A stretch of DNA of 64,000 nt from Chiloscyllium plagiosum. Taxonomy: Eukaryota. The notes beneath the pieces are model-generated. The model was not told the origin of the DNA. It did not search any database and was given only the letters and a program-made list of their open reading frames with translations. Shown here in pieces: positions 12,661 through 25,625 of this stretch (position 1 is its first letter; every line of letters starts with the position of its first letter). Position numbers and translations under genes: made by a program. Location: assembly GCF_004010195.1 (NCBI RefSeq), contig NC_057715.1:93452258-93516257 (forward strand), written 5' to 3'.

Positions 12661-13293
12661 GTCACAGAGTCGTAGAGATGTACAGCATGGAAACAGACCC
12701 TTTGGTCCAACTAGTCTATGCCGACCAGTTATCCCAACCCAATCTAATCCCACCTGCCAACACCTGGCCCACATCCCTTCAAACCCCTCCTATTCATATA
12801 CCCATCCAAATGACTTTTAAATGTTGCAATTGTATAAGCCTCCACCACTTCCTCTGGCACCTCATTCCATACACGTACCACCCTCTGTGTGAAAAAGTTG
12901 CCCCTTAGGTCCCTTTTAGATCTTTCCCCTCTCACCCTAAACCTATGCCCTCTAGTTCTGGACTCCCCCAACCCAGGGAAAAGACTTTGTCTATTTATCC
13001 TATCCATGCTCCTCATAATTTTGTAAACCTCTATAAAGTCACCCCTCAGCCTCCAATGCTCCAGGGAAAACAGCCCCAACCTGTTCAGCCTCTCCCTACA
13101 GCTCAAATCCTCCAACCCTGGCAACATCCTTGTAAATCTTTTCCGAACCGTTTCAAGTTTCACAACATCTTTCCGTTAGGAAGGAGACCAGAATTGCACA
13201 CAATATTCCAACAGTGGCCTAACCAATGTCCTGTACAGCCACAACATCACCTCCCAACTCCTGTACTCAATACTCTGACCGATAAAGGAAAGC
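12661..13293 (-). mobile_element. HER1/CR1 LINE 3' fragment
   Basis: ORF 12744-13163 (RFTRMLPGL...LFSLEHWRLRGDFIEVYK...FFTQRVVRVWN) plus HER1 3' UTR. Confidence 0.92.
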
Positions 13294-13606
13294 CCTGACA
13301 TTGTTACCAAAACACCACTCAATAATGTAGACTTATTATTTCACTGAAGTTGATCTTTCAGGTTAATCATCTATTTCAGAGGTTGCCCAATTTTCATGAG
13401 ATTCAGGTAAATCGAATGCAACTTCAATTCTCAAAAATATAGTTTTACCTTCAGTTCTTAAGTTGAAAATCTATTCCAGTGAGTCTCTTCAAATGTAGAA
13501 AAATATGAAAAGTTAGATAGAGGGCAAGTCACTCTATGATTCTTTTGTGACACCAATGTTTTTTAAGATGAATTTGTTTTTTTGCAGGTAGAAAACATTG
13601 GAAGCC

Positions 13607-13666
13607 ATGATGCTACTGGTCTATTTACTTTTCTTGGATCAAAGTTTAGCAGCTCACAGAGCTTTG
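13607..13666 (+). CDS. FGL1-like secreted fibrinogen-domain protein, coding exon 1 (signal peptide MMLLVYLLFLDQSLAAHRAL)
   Basis: Acceptor TTTGCAG at 13587, Kozak GCCATG, hydrophobic 20 codons, donor GTATGT at 13667, phase 0 joins the next exon. Confidence 0.8.
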
Positions 13667-15248
13667 GTATGTGTGCCCAAATTCAAAATGTAATCTTTTC
13701 TAAACATGTCTGAATTCTCTATTTTTTCTGAATGGAATTTGAAGTTGCAAATGAGTTAGGGTGTAAGCCATTTTCAAAGTAAATATCACTGTCGTATCGC
13801 TGCAAGGAGCGTTCCTGATTACCACTGAAGTAATGACCTTTCTTCTTGAACCATTGCAATTCATGTGGTGAACTGACTCCTGCAATGCTAACCTATAGGG
13901 AGTCCAGGTTTCTGGAATAAACATGCAACAAATCAGAATATCATGTGGCTTGGATGGGGGTCCTGAAGTTGGTGGTGTTTCCACAGACCTTGTTTCTTAG
14001 CCCTTCTAGGTGGTGGAGATTCTGTCAAAGCACACTCCAGGAGTTGTCACAGTGAGTATTTTAGGTGATACAAACTGCAACCATATCTGCCAATGGTGGA
14101 TACAGTGAGTTCTTGAGGTGGTGACTGGGCTGCCTATCAAATGGACTGCTTTGTGTATAAAGTAGAGTTTCTTGAGCACTGTTGGAGCTCATTCACATAA
14201 GTCCAAGTGAGCAGTATTCCACCATGTTACTGACTTCAGCCTTGTACTTAGGCTTGAATTGTCTGTTCTGGATTATGTGGAATCTTAGCAATAATTGTGA
14301 ATTTGGGTAATATTAACAGGAAGCAATATAACAATTGTATTAGAATCTTCTTATCATCACTACTTTTATGCCTTTTGTAGGGAGTTGAAGACCATAGCTT
14401 GTGCTCAGTTTCCATTGATATTTGGGAGTCGTGATTTGTAAGAACTTCCCCTTTAAAATGAAGATCTAGAGAGGATCTTGTGCTAGTTGCTGTAGTCTGA
14501 GGATGAAGAGGCCAGCTCAGTCTACAGCACTCTCAGTGGGCTGCTGTTTTAATCCTAAGAGAAGGGAGAGTGCAGTGGATCCTTCTACTCCTGCTTCTCC
14601 AGAGGCACATGGAGGAGTGGATTTATAGAGCCACATGCTCGAAGGAGGATGCACCACTCGATTATCGTGAATTGTGCACTATATCTAGTAGAAAAGATTC
14701 CCAATGAGAATGGTGACCGTTCTGCCAGCAGATCATCTGGGCTATTGCAGTCTGACGCTGAGCTTTATTTTTATTTTTATATTGAGGTCATGTTTTGTTG
14801 GGGCATGGACCGGGATCATGTTTCTACCCTTCCTCTGAGATCTGTGGTTTGATTTTTGAAATTTGGCCTGGAACATGTATTTTCTGCAGGACAGTGAGTT
14901 TCTTCCCTTTGCCAATTCATTTTATGTCAATAGGTTGGAAGGAATTACCCAAGCTGGTTCTGTACTCTAAAATTCTATTCGACCTAAGCCAGTGTCAATG
15001 CCCCCTTTGAGTCTTCACCCACTTCAACGGATCCTACCAACTTACAATCATTCTTCATGTACTCAGCTACTGCCCACTCAAGTTCACCTTGAACTGCACC
15101 TCTCCCCCTAATATCAGGAGAAAATTTCGACATTCATTGAATACACATTATATGGTAACAGCTGCAGCAATGGCTCCCAAAACACAAGACAAGTTTTGGC
15201 ACTGTGTGTGTGGAATTTGCTTCAGGGTTATGTTTTTCATTTTAGCAG

Positions 15249-15453
15249 GAGGATGAGACATGTATGTTTGAAGTCTCCAAGCTTCAACAGCAGTTACAAC
15301 ATTTGCAGGCTCAGTTCCTGCTTGGAACATGGCAACTAAAGCATTTGAGGGAATATAACGAGCACTGGACAAAGAAAAGCACAACAGCAGAAAAGAATGA
15401 ACAAGGGACAACATTGCAACCCATTACTTCACACCAGTTTGCATATCACCATG
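15249..15453 (+). CDS. FGL1-like coding exon 2 (Cys + coiled coil EDETCMFEVSKLQQQLQHLQAQFLLGTWQLKHLRE...)
   Basis: Acceptor TTTAG/CAG, open frame, donor G|GTAAAT phase 1 completes D of DCSDI; same layout as the FGL1 N-terminal Cys/coiled coil. Confidence 0.85.
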
Positions 15454-15744
15454 GTAAATATGTCGATATAAGTTAACATGTTTGATATAAAAACAGTCTT
15501 TGAAATGTTAGCTGTTTCCTCTGATTGTAATACTTGCTGTTTGTGATATTTAGTAAATTAATCATTCCATTTGAATGTTTGTTACTTTTTAGCAACTTAA
15601 TAGAAAGAATTGAACAAGATGTAGGAAACGAAGTAATTGTAAGTGAAGTTACCATTTTCAGAGCCTTCATTGCTAAGCTTCAGGTATCTCCTGTTTTATA
15701 TGCACAGACCTGTCATTCATTATGGAAGATATATCTTAGATTAT

Positions 15745-15940
15745 ATTAGATAAGATTCCCTACAGTGTGAAACAGGCCTTCGTCCCAACAAGTCCACACC
15801 GACCCTCTCAAGAGTAACCCACCCAGACACCTTTTCCTCTGACTAATGCACCTAACACTATGGACAATTTAGCATGGCCAATTCACCTAACCTGCGCATC
15901 TTTGGACTGTGGGAGGAAACTGGAGCACCCGGAGGAAACC
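15745..15940 (-). mobile_element. HE1 SINE, 5'-truncated
   Basis: V-domain and tail match other copies. Confidence 0.85.
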
Positions 15941-16678
15941 CTCTGCGATAATAGTAAAGCATTTAGTTCAATGGGATATTACCGCTCACTGCCAGTATGC
16001 AAATCAGTAAAGAAATTTATGTGGTCATCACCAAGAGACTCAATGTTTTGAGCAAATCTGGCAAAAAGTAATCAGATCTGTGTTGATCAGCAGGAACATG
16101 ATGGACCAAATGGCCTCCTGCTGTGTTGTAAATATCAGAACACAAAGTCAGAAAATGTCACCATACAAAATGAGCAAAGCAGAAGTCAGCTTTTAATAGG
16201 ATCACAGGTGAAACCCACAGCATATCCCACATGTGCCACTCATACTGACTATGGGCTAAATTACCTTCAATAGCTATCTTTCAACTTATTTTATATAGAG
16301 AGCAAAAATGAAATCAGTTAATATCAAAACTAGCTGGTATAATCATTTTATACATTCCTATTGTACTCTTGTACTGGAAGTTCGATTTCGGATCTGGGTT
16401 TTCATGCCTCTAGCCGTGTTGGAATGGAGTGAGGATACATTTAAAGTGGAAGAGTGGATCCAGTCTAGGATTCTACCCACAAATCACCCAGTCCTGGATC
16501 TTCAATTTTTGATGGTGCAGGATGAGAGTGCACCCTGTATTCCTGGCTCAACCAACTCCATTTTGTGGTGGTGGTGGTGGTACTGAGTGGGGAGGGGGGG
16601 ATGGTGGTTGTGGAGTTGTATGGAGTTCAGATCTCTGAGACTCATGCAATTTTCATGGAGTCAGACCACCTTCTTAAT

Positions 16679-17430
16679 AGGTAAAAACAATGACTGCAGA
16701 TGCTGGAAACCAGATTCTGGATTAGTGGTGCTGGAAGAGCACAGCAGTTCAGGCAGCATCCAAGGAGCAATAAAATCGACGTTTCGGGCAAAAGCCCTTC
16801 ATCAGGAATAAAGGCAGAGAGCCTGAAGCATGGAGAGATAAGCTAGAGGAGGGTGGGGATGGGGAGAAAGTAGCATAGAGTACAATGGGTGAGTGGGGGA
16901 GGGGAGGGGGAGTTGAAATGTTGGGCCATGGGGCGGTGTGGTTGATTGGTGCGGGTGTCCCGGAGATGTTCCCTAAAGCGATCTGCTAGGCGGTGTCCAG
17001 TCTCCCCAATGTAGAGGAGACCGCATCGGGAGCAATGGATACAATAAATGATATTGGTGGATGTGCAGGTAAAACTTTGATGGATGTGGAAGACTTCTTT
17101 AGGGCCTTGGATGGAGGTGAGGGCGCAGGTTTTGCAGTTCTTGTGGTGGCAGGGGAACTTGCCAGGAGGGGAGGGTGGGTTGTAGGGGGGCGTAGTCATG
17201 GAGGGAACGGTCTTTGCGGAAGGCGGAAAGGGGTGGGGAGGGAAATATATCCCTGGTGGTGGGGTCTTTTTGGAGGTGGCGGAAATGTCAGCGGATGATA
17301 TGGTTTATGCAAAGGTTGGTAGGGTGGAAGGTGAGCACCAGGGGCGTTCTGTCCTTGTTATGGTTGGAGGGGTGGGGTCTGAGGGTGGGGGTGCAGGATG
17401 TGGACGAGATGCGTTGGAGGGCATCTTTAA
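16679..17430 (-). mobile_element. Penelope-like element (Neptune-type) 3' fragment: GIY-YIG endonuclease + pLTR
   Basis: PCHHKNCKTC...FTCTSTNIIYCIHCSRCGLLYIGETGHRLADRFREHL (Cys-flanked GIY-YIG). Confidence 0.9.
16774..16809 (-). ncRNA. Minimal hammerhead ribozyme motif, intact core
   Basis: Minus strand ATTC-CTGATGA-A-GGGC TTTT GCCC-GAAAC-GTC-GATT; canonical GUC cleavage triplet. Confidence 0.75.
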
Positions 17431-18389
17431 GTGGTTCACTATCCCTAAGTAGAAAGGCGAGGGCAAAAGACCTTATCCATACCTCTATCCATTGCCATCC
17501 TCCATATCAACCCATGGCACTTTCAACACTTTCACCTGGTATAAACACCATGCAGAACCAGTAATCTTTATACTAACAAGCAATGACATGTGTGGAACTG
17601 CTTAAAAAAAACTCCCATTCATAATTTTCTTTTTTGTTGGTCACCTCCTAGGTCCTGGAGGGGTATTTTGAGCTGAAGGTGTAGTGTCCCTTGTTCATAG
17701 TCACATGATTGAGGGCACCGGATTCAGAAAGGTGTCCCTCTGAGAACCAGTCCCCAGCTCTTTCTTAAGACTTCCATCTAATCCTCACTTGACTGTGATG
17801 TGGGTCTTATGGCAATACTGGGCCCCTCTCTAGGTACTATATGTCCTTGGCAGCAATGGTGGTTCTGAGTGAGCAACGTTTCTGCCCCTGATGGTCAAAA
17901 GTCTGAGTGAAGGCCCAACACCAGCTAGCTAAGTGATTGATTGATTGGCACCTAACTCTATTGGGCCTCCCCCAGAATTGGCAGGGTAGATCTCCTGCTG
18001 GTTCTGCAACTGCTGCTGATTCAACCCCCTCAATGCCAAGATTAAATCCTGCCCTTAACTCCTGGAGATTATTCTTAAACTCCTAATTATCCCAATTGAA
18101 ATGATATAACCATATCCTCCTGTGTAACCTCTTTGCTGGTTCTGTCATTTAGAGTTCTTCTTCCTTCTTATACAAGACTAATTTCAATGTATTCAGTGTA
18201 AAGTAAAACTTTATCTCAATGGCAATGACAATCTCACACACAATTTTGTTTTATTCAGTCTTGGGAGGTGGGTGTCACTGGGTGGCCAGCATTTACAGCC
18301 CATTTCCCTAATTGCTCTTGGTGCTGATGATGATGAGTCTGCAAACTTTGGTTGATTCTTATTGTAGGGTGATTCTCCACCTTCCCAAG

Positions 18390-18873
18390 GGTTCAGAAAA
18401 GATTTATAAGGATGTTGCTAGGGTTGGAGGGTTTGAGCGATAGGGAGAAGTTGAATAGGCTAGGGCTGTTTTCCCTGGAGCGTCGGAGGCTGAGGGGTGA
18501 CCTTATAGAGGTTTACAAAATTATGAGGGGCATGGATAGGATAAATAGACAAAGTCTTTTCCCTGCGGGGGGGGGGGGGGGGGGGAGTCCAGAACTAGAG
18601 GGCATAGGTTTAGGGTGAGAGGAGAAAGATATAGAAGAGACCTAAGGGGCAACTTTTTCACGCAGAGGATGGTACGTGTATGGAATGAGGTGCCAGAGGA
18701 AGTGGTAGAGGCTGGTACAATTGCAACATTTAAAAGGCATTTGGATGGGTATATGAATGGGAAGGGTTTGGAGGGATACGGGCCAGGTGCTGGCAGGTGG
18801 GACTAGATTATCTGGTTGGCATGGATGAGTTGGACCAAAGGGTCTATTTTCGTGTTGTACATCTCTATGACTC
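18390..18873 (+). mobile_element. HER1/CR1 LINE 3' fragment
   Basis: LFSLERRRLRGDLIEVYK, FFTQRMVRVWNEVPEEVVEAG; internal poly-G expansion. Confidence 0.92.
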
Positions 18874-18996
18874 TAATTGATCCAAATATTGGAAATACTA
18901 TTTGACAATATCATCGAATTGATTGATTACTTAACAGATCTTGCTTAGTTCCTGGTTATGTCGGTTAGTTCAGTTGGCTGGATGGCTAGTTTGCAA

Positions 18997-21601
18997 TTTT
19001 TTTTATTTCAAAAATATACTTTATTCATGAAATATTTTGATGATCTGTACAATTGGTCATGCCATACATACGTAAACATTCCATTTCTTTGCATACAGAG
19101 ACAGATTAATCATTCATATATACAGGTCTGTATGATTACAATCCACGTATTTACTGGGGGGTCAGCAGAGCCCCCTTACTGTGTCGGATCCCTGTGCTTA
19201 GGCAGACAGACGTTACACGGTGGTCTTTCCCCACCTCACCTTGGCGGCAGCTGCTGCAAGCTTCAGCACGTCCCCCAACATGTAGTCCTGGACCTTGGAA
19301 TGTGCCAGTCTGCAACACTCAGTCGGGGTCAACTCCTTCAGCTGGAAGATCAACAGGTTTCGGACCACCCAGAGAGTGTCCTTCACCGAGGTGATGATCC
19401 TCCAGGCGCAGTTGATGTTTGTCTCGGTGTGTGTCCCAGGGAACAGACCGTAGAGCACGGAGTCCCGCGTCACGGCGCTGCTCGGGACGAACCTCAACAA
19501 ACACCACTGCATTCCTCTCCAGACTTCTTCTGCATAGGCACATTCCAGAAGGAGGTGTGTGACAGTCTCGTCCCCTCTGCAGCCGCTTCGAGGGCAGCGT
19601 GCGGTGCGGGAGAGAGTCCGGGCATGCATAAAGGATCTCACAGGCAGAGCCCTTCTCACCACCAGCCAAGTCATATCTTGGTGCTTGTTGGAAGATTCTG
19701 GCGATGAGGCATTCTGCCAAATGGCTTTGACAGTCTGCTCAGGGAACCGCTTGATAGGATCCGCCCTCTCCTTTTCCCGAAGGGTCGTAAGGACACTACG
19801 TGCTGACCACTTCCTGATGGGCTTGTGGTCAAAGGTGTTTTTCTTCATAAACTTCTCCATGAAGGACAGGTGGTACGGAAAAGTCCAACTACTCGGAGCG
19901 TTCCGCGGCAGCGAGGCCAGGCCCATCCTTCGCAACACCGGGGACAGGTAGAACCTCAGTATGTAGTGACACTTGGTGTTTGCGTACCGGGGATCCATGC
20001 ACAGCTTGATGCAGCCACACACAAAGGTGGCCATCAGGGTGAGGGTGGCATTGGGTGTATTTTTTCCCCTGATGCCCAGATCTTTATACATCGAGTCTCT
20101 TCGGACCCGGTCCATCTTTGATCTCCATATAAATTGGAAGATGGCCCGGGTGACTGCAGCGGCACAGGTTCTGGGAATAGGCCAGACCTGTGCCACATAT
20201 AACAGCAATGACAGTGCCTCACACCTAATGTCCAGGTTTTGTTCCCGCGATGGAGAGCATTCGTAGCTTCCATCTGCCCAGTTTCTGCCTCACTTTGCTG
20301 ATACGCTCCTCCCAAGTCTTGGCGCACGCCCAGCGCCCCCCGAACCAAATACCCAGCACCTTCAGGTGGTCAGTCCTGACGGTGAAGGGGATCGAGGATT
20401 AGTCGGCCCAGTTCCCGAAGAGCATGGCCTTGCTCTTGCCTCGGTTTACCTTGGTCCCCGAGGCCCGTTCGAACTGGTCACATATGCACATGAGTCTGCG
20501 CACGGACAGCGGATCCGAGCAGAAAACGGCGACGTCATCCATGTACAGGGAGGCCTTAACCTGCAGGTCCCCGCTGCCAGGATTGGTCATCCCTCTCAGG
20601 CTCGCATCCTTCCTGATGGACTCGGCAAATGGCTCTATGCAGCACACAAACAAGGAAGGAGAGAGAGGACAGCCCTGCCTGACTCCAGATCTGACTGGGA
20701 AGCTATCTGATTCCCACCCATTGATTGAGACTGCACTGACAATGTTGGTGTACAGCAGTCTGATCCAATTGCAGATTCCCTCCCCAAAGCCCATTTTGGA
20801 GAGAACATCTCTCATATACGTGTGGTGATATCCTGTCAAAGGCTTTCTCCTCATCCAGGCTGATCAGGCAGATGTCCAACACTCTGTCCTGCACATAGGC
20901 GATCGTATTCCTGAGGAGTGCGAGACTCTCAGCGATCTTCCTGCCCGGTACAGCACAGGTTTGGTCAGGGTGACTCGCCACCCCCAAAGCAGACCTGACC
21001 CGGTTGTTGATTACCTTTGACAGAATTTTGTAATTCGCATTCAATAGTGAGATTGGTCTCCAGTTTCTGAGTTCCTCCCTCTCCCGCTTCCGCTTGTAAA
21101 TGAGAGTGATGATGCCTTTACTCATGGATTCACTCATGGTACCTGCCCAAAGCATACTGACATACACCTCCAGCAGGTCCTGGCCAATCAAGTCCCACCG
21201 AGCAGAATAGAGCTCGATTGGTAAGCTGTTGCTTCCGGGAGTTTTATTCTTTTCGAAGGACTCAAGGGCCTTGGTCAGCTTGTCCAGAGATAGCAGCTGG
21301 TCCAGCCTCTCCCATGTTCTTTCGTCTAAGACCTCCGTGATAGAGGACAGGAATGACTGGGAGGCCGCGCTGTCGGTCGGTTTCGCATCATACAGACTGA
21401 CACAGAAGGATGTGCTGATCCTCATGACAGGGTAAAAACAATGACTGCAGATGCTGGAAACCAGATTCTGGATCAGTGGTGCTGGAAGAGCATTGCTGTG
21501 ATCCTCATGACGTCAGCCTGAGATGACGTTATCGAGCCATCTTCTTTCTTCAGGCTGCTGAGCATGGAGCTCTCTTTGTGCACCTTCTGGAAGAAGAAAC
21601 G
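18997..21601 (-). mobile_element. L1/Tx1-clade LINE, 5'-truncated ORF2 (RT + zinc knuckle), frameshifted
   Basis: LRNWRPISLLNANYKILSK, LDEEKAFD, GVRQGCPLSP, LYMDDV, CPRSGCRGDETVTHLLLEC; AATAAA plus poly(A) at the 3' end (T run near 18997). Confidence 0.93.
21429..21498 (-). mobile_element. 70-bp Penelope-like 3' tip inserted in the Tx1 LINE
   Basis: Matches 16679-16742; perfect TSD TGATCCTCATGAC (21416-21428, 21499-21511). Confidence 0.88.
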
Positions 21602-21989
21602 TGGCTGGTTTACAATGCAGAATGACACCAAAGGTTGGGTTCAATTCTTGCCCTGGCTGAGGTAACCATGAAGGACTCTCTTCTCAAACCCTCCTTCACC
21701 TGAGATGTGGTGACCCTCAGGTTAAACTACCCCAGTCACCTTTCTGTAATGAGAGAGCAGCCCTATAGTCTGGCATGACTATGATGACATGACCTTTAAA
21801 GCCATGAACTAAATCTCACAACAGTCACATTATTTGAAAATATAAATTATAAATCCAACCATTGCATTCTGGGATGAATCCTGTGAGGCGTAGGCACCAA
21901 TTGGGCACCATTATGCAGGTAGCATGAGGCTTTCAAATCTCGAGCAACTTGAATACTGAACTAGCCTGTGGGTGATGCATTTGAATTGG

Positions 21990-22410
21990 GATCAGATGTA
22001 GGCCATTCAGCCCCTCAAGCCTATGCTGCCAATTAATAGACGTATAGCTGATCTGACTCCTCCCCATTCCCACTCACCTCCCAATAACCTTTCATTTCTT
22101 TGATAATCAAGAATCTATCTGTCTCTCCCTTAATATATTCAAAGATGCTGCTTCCACTATCATTCAAGGAAGTGAATTCCAAAGATTCACCACCATCTGA
22201 AGAGAAAATATTTCTCCTCATCTCTGTCTTCCTTATTTTGAAACAGAGACCCTTAGTTCTAGATTGTCCACAAGAGGAAATAGCTTTTCCACAACCTGTC
22301 AAAATCCCTCAGGATCTTATAATCCTCATTCAAGTCACCCCTTGCTCTCCTAATCTTCAGCAGATAAAAGCCTAGACTGTCTAAACTTTCCTCAAAAGCA
22401 ACCTGCCCAT
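21990..22410 (-). mobile_element. CR1-clade LINE 3' fragment (old)
   Basis: LGFYLLKIRRARGDLNEDYKILRDFDR..., decayed CR1 C-terminus and 3' UTR. Confidence 0.75.
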
Positions 22411-23119
22411 CCCATGATGGGGTGCAATCGAGGCCAATAAGAAAGAGGTGAGAGAGCACACACTGACAGCAGACCCATATTAATGTGGATGCAGGAGGAC
22501 CAGTCCTGCTTACTTTGGCTCTGCCTTTAGGTAAACTAAAGAAAAATGATTCCACGTGATTATACCCATGTAAAGCCGAAAACAAACTAGTGTAAAATTA
22601 GGATATGCTCCAATGGATTTAGTGACAGTCAAATGCAGTACAAGTTTATCATTGGTGCACCTGTTCCACGTAAAACAACGTTGAATTTAAGCATCATTAT
22701 CTCCAACTGAGTGTAAGCAAGACTGCAGAGTAGGCACTTTTAGAATTATACATATGAGTGGTGACCTGTCTTTATACCTGTGGTGACTTGTCACATATTC
22801 ATTCCATGTACTTGCTGAATGATCATTGAATTGCCAGCACATGAATGGAATCAGTCTGTGTTGAAAGTACTTTAGGTCAGGGTTCTTGTGGCACAGTGAT
22901 AGTATCCCTAATTCTGGGCCAGAAGGTCAGGGTTCAAGTTTCAATTGCTCCAGAGGTGTGTCTGACCAAAAATATCAATACTTCAGGTCAACCAAAATCA
23001 TCACAGGTAGAGGCGGTGCAATTTCAGATACAGATACTTCTCAATCATCTGCACCCATTTGGCAAGCTGGAGAATCTCCTTTAGCAATGCACTTCCACTA
23101 GTTTCATATCTGGCATGAA

Positions 23120-23290
23120 CACAGAAAATGCTGGAGAAACTCAGCAGATCTGGCTGTATCTGTAGAAAGAGAGAGAAAAAAAAACATTGAGTCCAATATG
23201 CCCCTTCTTCAGAATAATTCAGATTTAAATGTTGCCAGACCTGCTGAGTTTCTCCAGCATTCACTGATTCTTTCAGATTTCCAGCATCTT
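23120..23290. repeat. Short fold-back element related to Penelope pLTR tails
   Basis: TGCTGGAGAAACTCAGCAGATCTGGC ... GCCAGACCTGCTGAGTTTCTCCAGCA inverted pair; relatives at ~27805-27900, 29750-30295, 41606-41680, 46570-46747, 46985-47060, 57985-58152. Confidence 0.7.
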
Positions 23291-23535
23291 TGCTTTTAGT
23301 TATACTTGATATTCCAGCTTCACAAACCCTGTTCCCTCGTATGCCATATACAAGAGTATATTACTTGCGTCTTTGTTGGGAACCATGGTTGGAACAGGAT
23401 CCATTCTGCTGTTCTCTTGCTTAATTTTATTATATCACTTACTACACACTTCCAAACTTAGGTCTGGTTTTGCATGGCTTTTCAATTTGTATTTTTATAT
23501 GAATTGATAATAATACAAGGTTCCCTTTTGCACAG

Positions 23536-23695
23536 ATTGTTCAGATATTTACAACAGTGGCAAAACCACAAGCGGGTTTTACCAAATCAAGCCAAAGTCT
23601 ATGACTGAACCATTTCTGGCATACTGTGATATGTCAGATGGTGGAGGATGGACAGTTATTCAACGTCGCAGTAACGGCAAAGTGAATTTTAACAG
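23536..23695 (+). CDS. FGL1-like coding exon 3 (start of fibrinogen C-terminal domain)
   Basis: DCSDIYNSGKTTSGFYQIKPKSMTEPFLAYCDMSDGGGWTVIQRRSNGKVNFNR; CAG acceptor, AG|GTAAAT donor; 160 nt. Confidence 0.97.
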
Positions 23696-25412
23696 GTAAA
23701 TGATCTGAATAACAGTAAGGCCACATATTGCAATCATTCTACTTCCTCTCTTTCAGAGACTGGGATTTTGCATTTTATGATAGCCTACCCACTGCCTAGA
23801 AAATCAGGGCAATGTTACAACATGTGCCCATGGTTTTAAAGTGTTTCTAACTGTATTCTGAATAGTAAAAAAGCACAATATAATTATTGAAGTCCAACAG
23901 AAACCCTTTGGTAATGTATTGCAATTTTCACTCTCCAAATGTATTGTAAAACAAAAGGTGTTGTTTTGGATTTAACATCTATGGAATTTGTACACTACTC
24001 CAATGTTCAAAACCATTAGTGCTTAAGTAATGAATATTAATGTAGTAGTGGTACAGGCAATCTGCGCTGCTGAATGCTATTGTGTTTTCATGTGATATAG
24101 CTCTTGTGCACTTAACACTGCTATTTGTTTCAATACCAAGACAGGTAGGCCACAGAGAAAATTATGAATCAATGTGGTTTGGAAAGATAGAATGATTGTG
24201 AAATGTTCCTTGTTAAAAATAAACATTGCCTCTCAATTAACCTGATCTTTCACTAAGTATATACATTAACTTAAAAAAAAAATTTTTAACATCTCATTTA
24301 TATTAAATGGTCAGGAAGCATTTTGAATGTGGGCTCATCCGCGCAATTTTGAATTCTCATTTTGAAGTAAGGGCTGTATAAGCCATAGAACTAATGAATG
24401 CAAACATGCTGTATGTCTTCTTCACTGCTTTATCTAGTTGTGTTCTCATTTTCAGAGAGCTATGTACTTACATATGCTCTGTATATCAATCATCCTACAG
24501 GTCCTGCCATTTATTGCCCACTAATGTCTCGTTTAATTCGAGAATTGAAATTTGTTAACTGTAAGATGCTACTTACGTAACAACATCTAAATATTATTAA
24601 TGTTATAATTAACAAACAAATCTTCATAGAGCAATTAGTACTTGATTGATAAAGACAACTTGCCCTCTCAGGTCATAGAAATCATAGAACAAAGTAAATG
24701 AGTATAATGAACATCTGAATGCTGTTATTTCTAAACTCTACTGTATCAGTGCACACCTGTTTAGTCTCTTCCATTTTACACTCTAGAAACACATAGTCTT
24801 CAAAATCTCTGATGCTCATGCTTTAAATTACAGAAAATCCTATTCCACTGTCAGCCCTGTGCTCACTGATCTACATTGGCTCCCAGACGAGAACCCTTTG
24901 ATTTTAAAATTCTAATCCATGTTTACAAATCCAACCACATCTTTGCCTTTCCAGATCTCAGTACTGTATTCCCCTCAATCCCTACATTCCTTAAAGATAT
25001 CTGTGCATTTCCAATTCTGCTCTCCTGTGCATTCCCCATTAGAATCATTCCCACATTGGTAGGCATGCCTTCAGTTACCCAAACCCTAAGTTCTGGAATT
25101 TGCTGTCTACATCCCTCTGTACCTCACTTTACTCCTTGAAGTCACTTTGTATAACCTACTCTTTGACCAAGATTTTGATCAGCTGGTCTAAAATCTCCCT
25201 TGGTTGCTCAGAGTCTTAACTTATTTTATCATGCTGTTGTGAGATGCCTTGGGACATTTAATTTCTTTAAAGATGCTATAAAAATGTGAATTGTTTTTGT
25301 CATAAATGTCCTAAAACAGCATGTAACTAGAATATAAAATGAATGGAAATGTTTTGTTCTCAAACAAAATGTAAGTGATTTGTACCATACTTGCTATTCA
25401 TTCTTTCTTCAG

Positions 25413-25510
25413 AGGCTGGGATGATTATAAATCAGGCTTTGGATCATTTCAAGGGAGGAAGGATGAATATTGGCTCGGAAATGAAAAGATACATCAAATT
25501 CTGGCTGCAG
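25413..25510 (+). CDS. FGL1-like coding exon 4
   Basis: GWDDYKSGFGSFQGRKDEYWLGNEKIHQILAA; 98 nt, canonical splice sites. Confidence 0.97.
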
Positions 25511-25625
25511 GTAGAAATGCATTCAGCTTTGAAGTATTGGAACATCCTACTTAACATGCAGTTATAATTCACCAAGAAGAAAAGCTTTTAGAAACGTTAA
25601 TAATTGTGAAATTGATATTTTGCAG

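Larger units (their letters stand above)
18957..21795 (+). mobile_element. tRNA-derived SINE split by a Tx1 LINE (pieces ~18957-18996 and ~21602-21795)
   Basis: A-box-like GGTTAGTTCAGTTGG on the left, B-box-like GGTTCAATTC at ~21638 on the right; duplicated 14-mer at the break. Confidence 0.65.

Noticed and set aside
18958-19707. 249-aa + strand ORF (also 34182-34874 and other GC-rich ORFs)
   Set aside because: Antisense shadows of Tx1 and Penelope coding sequence
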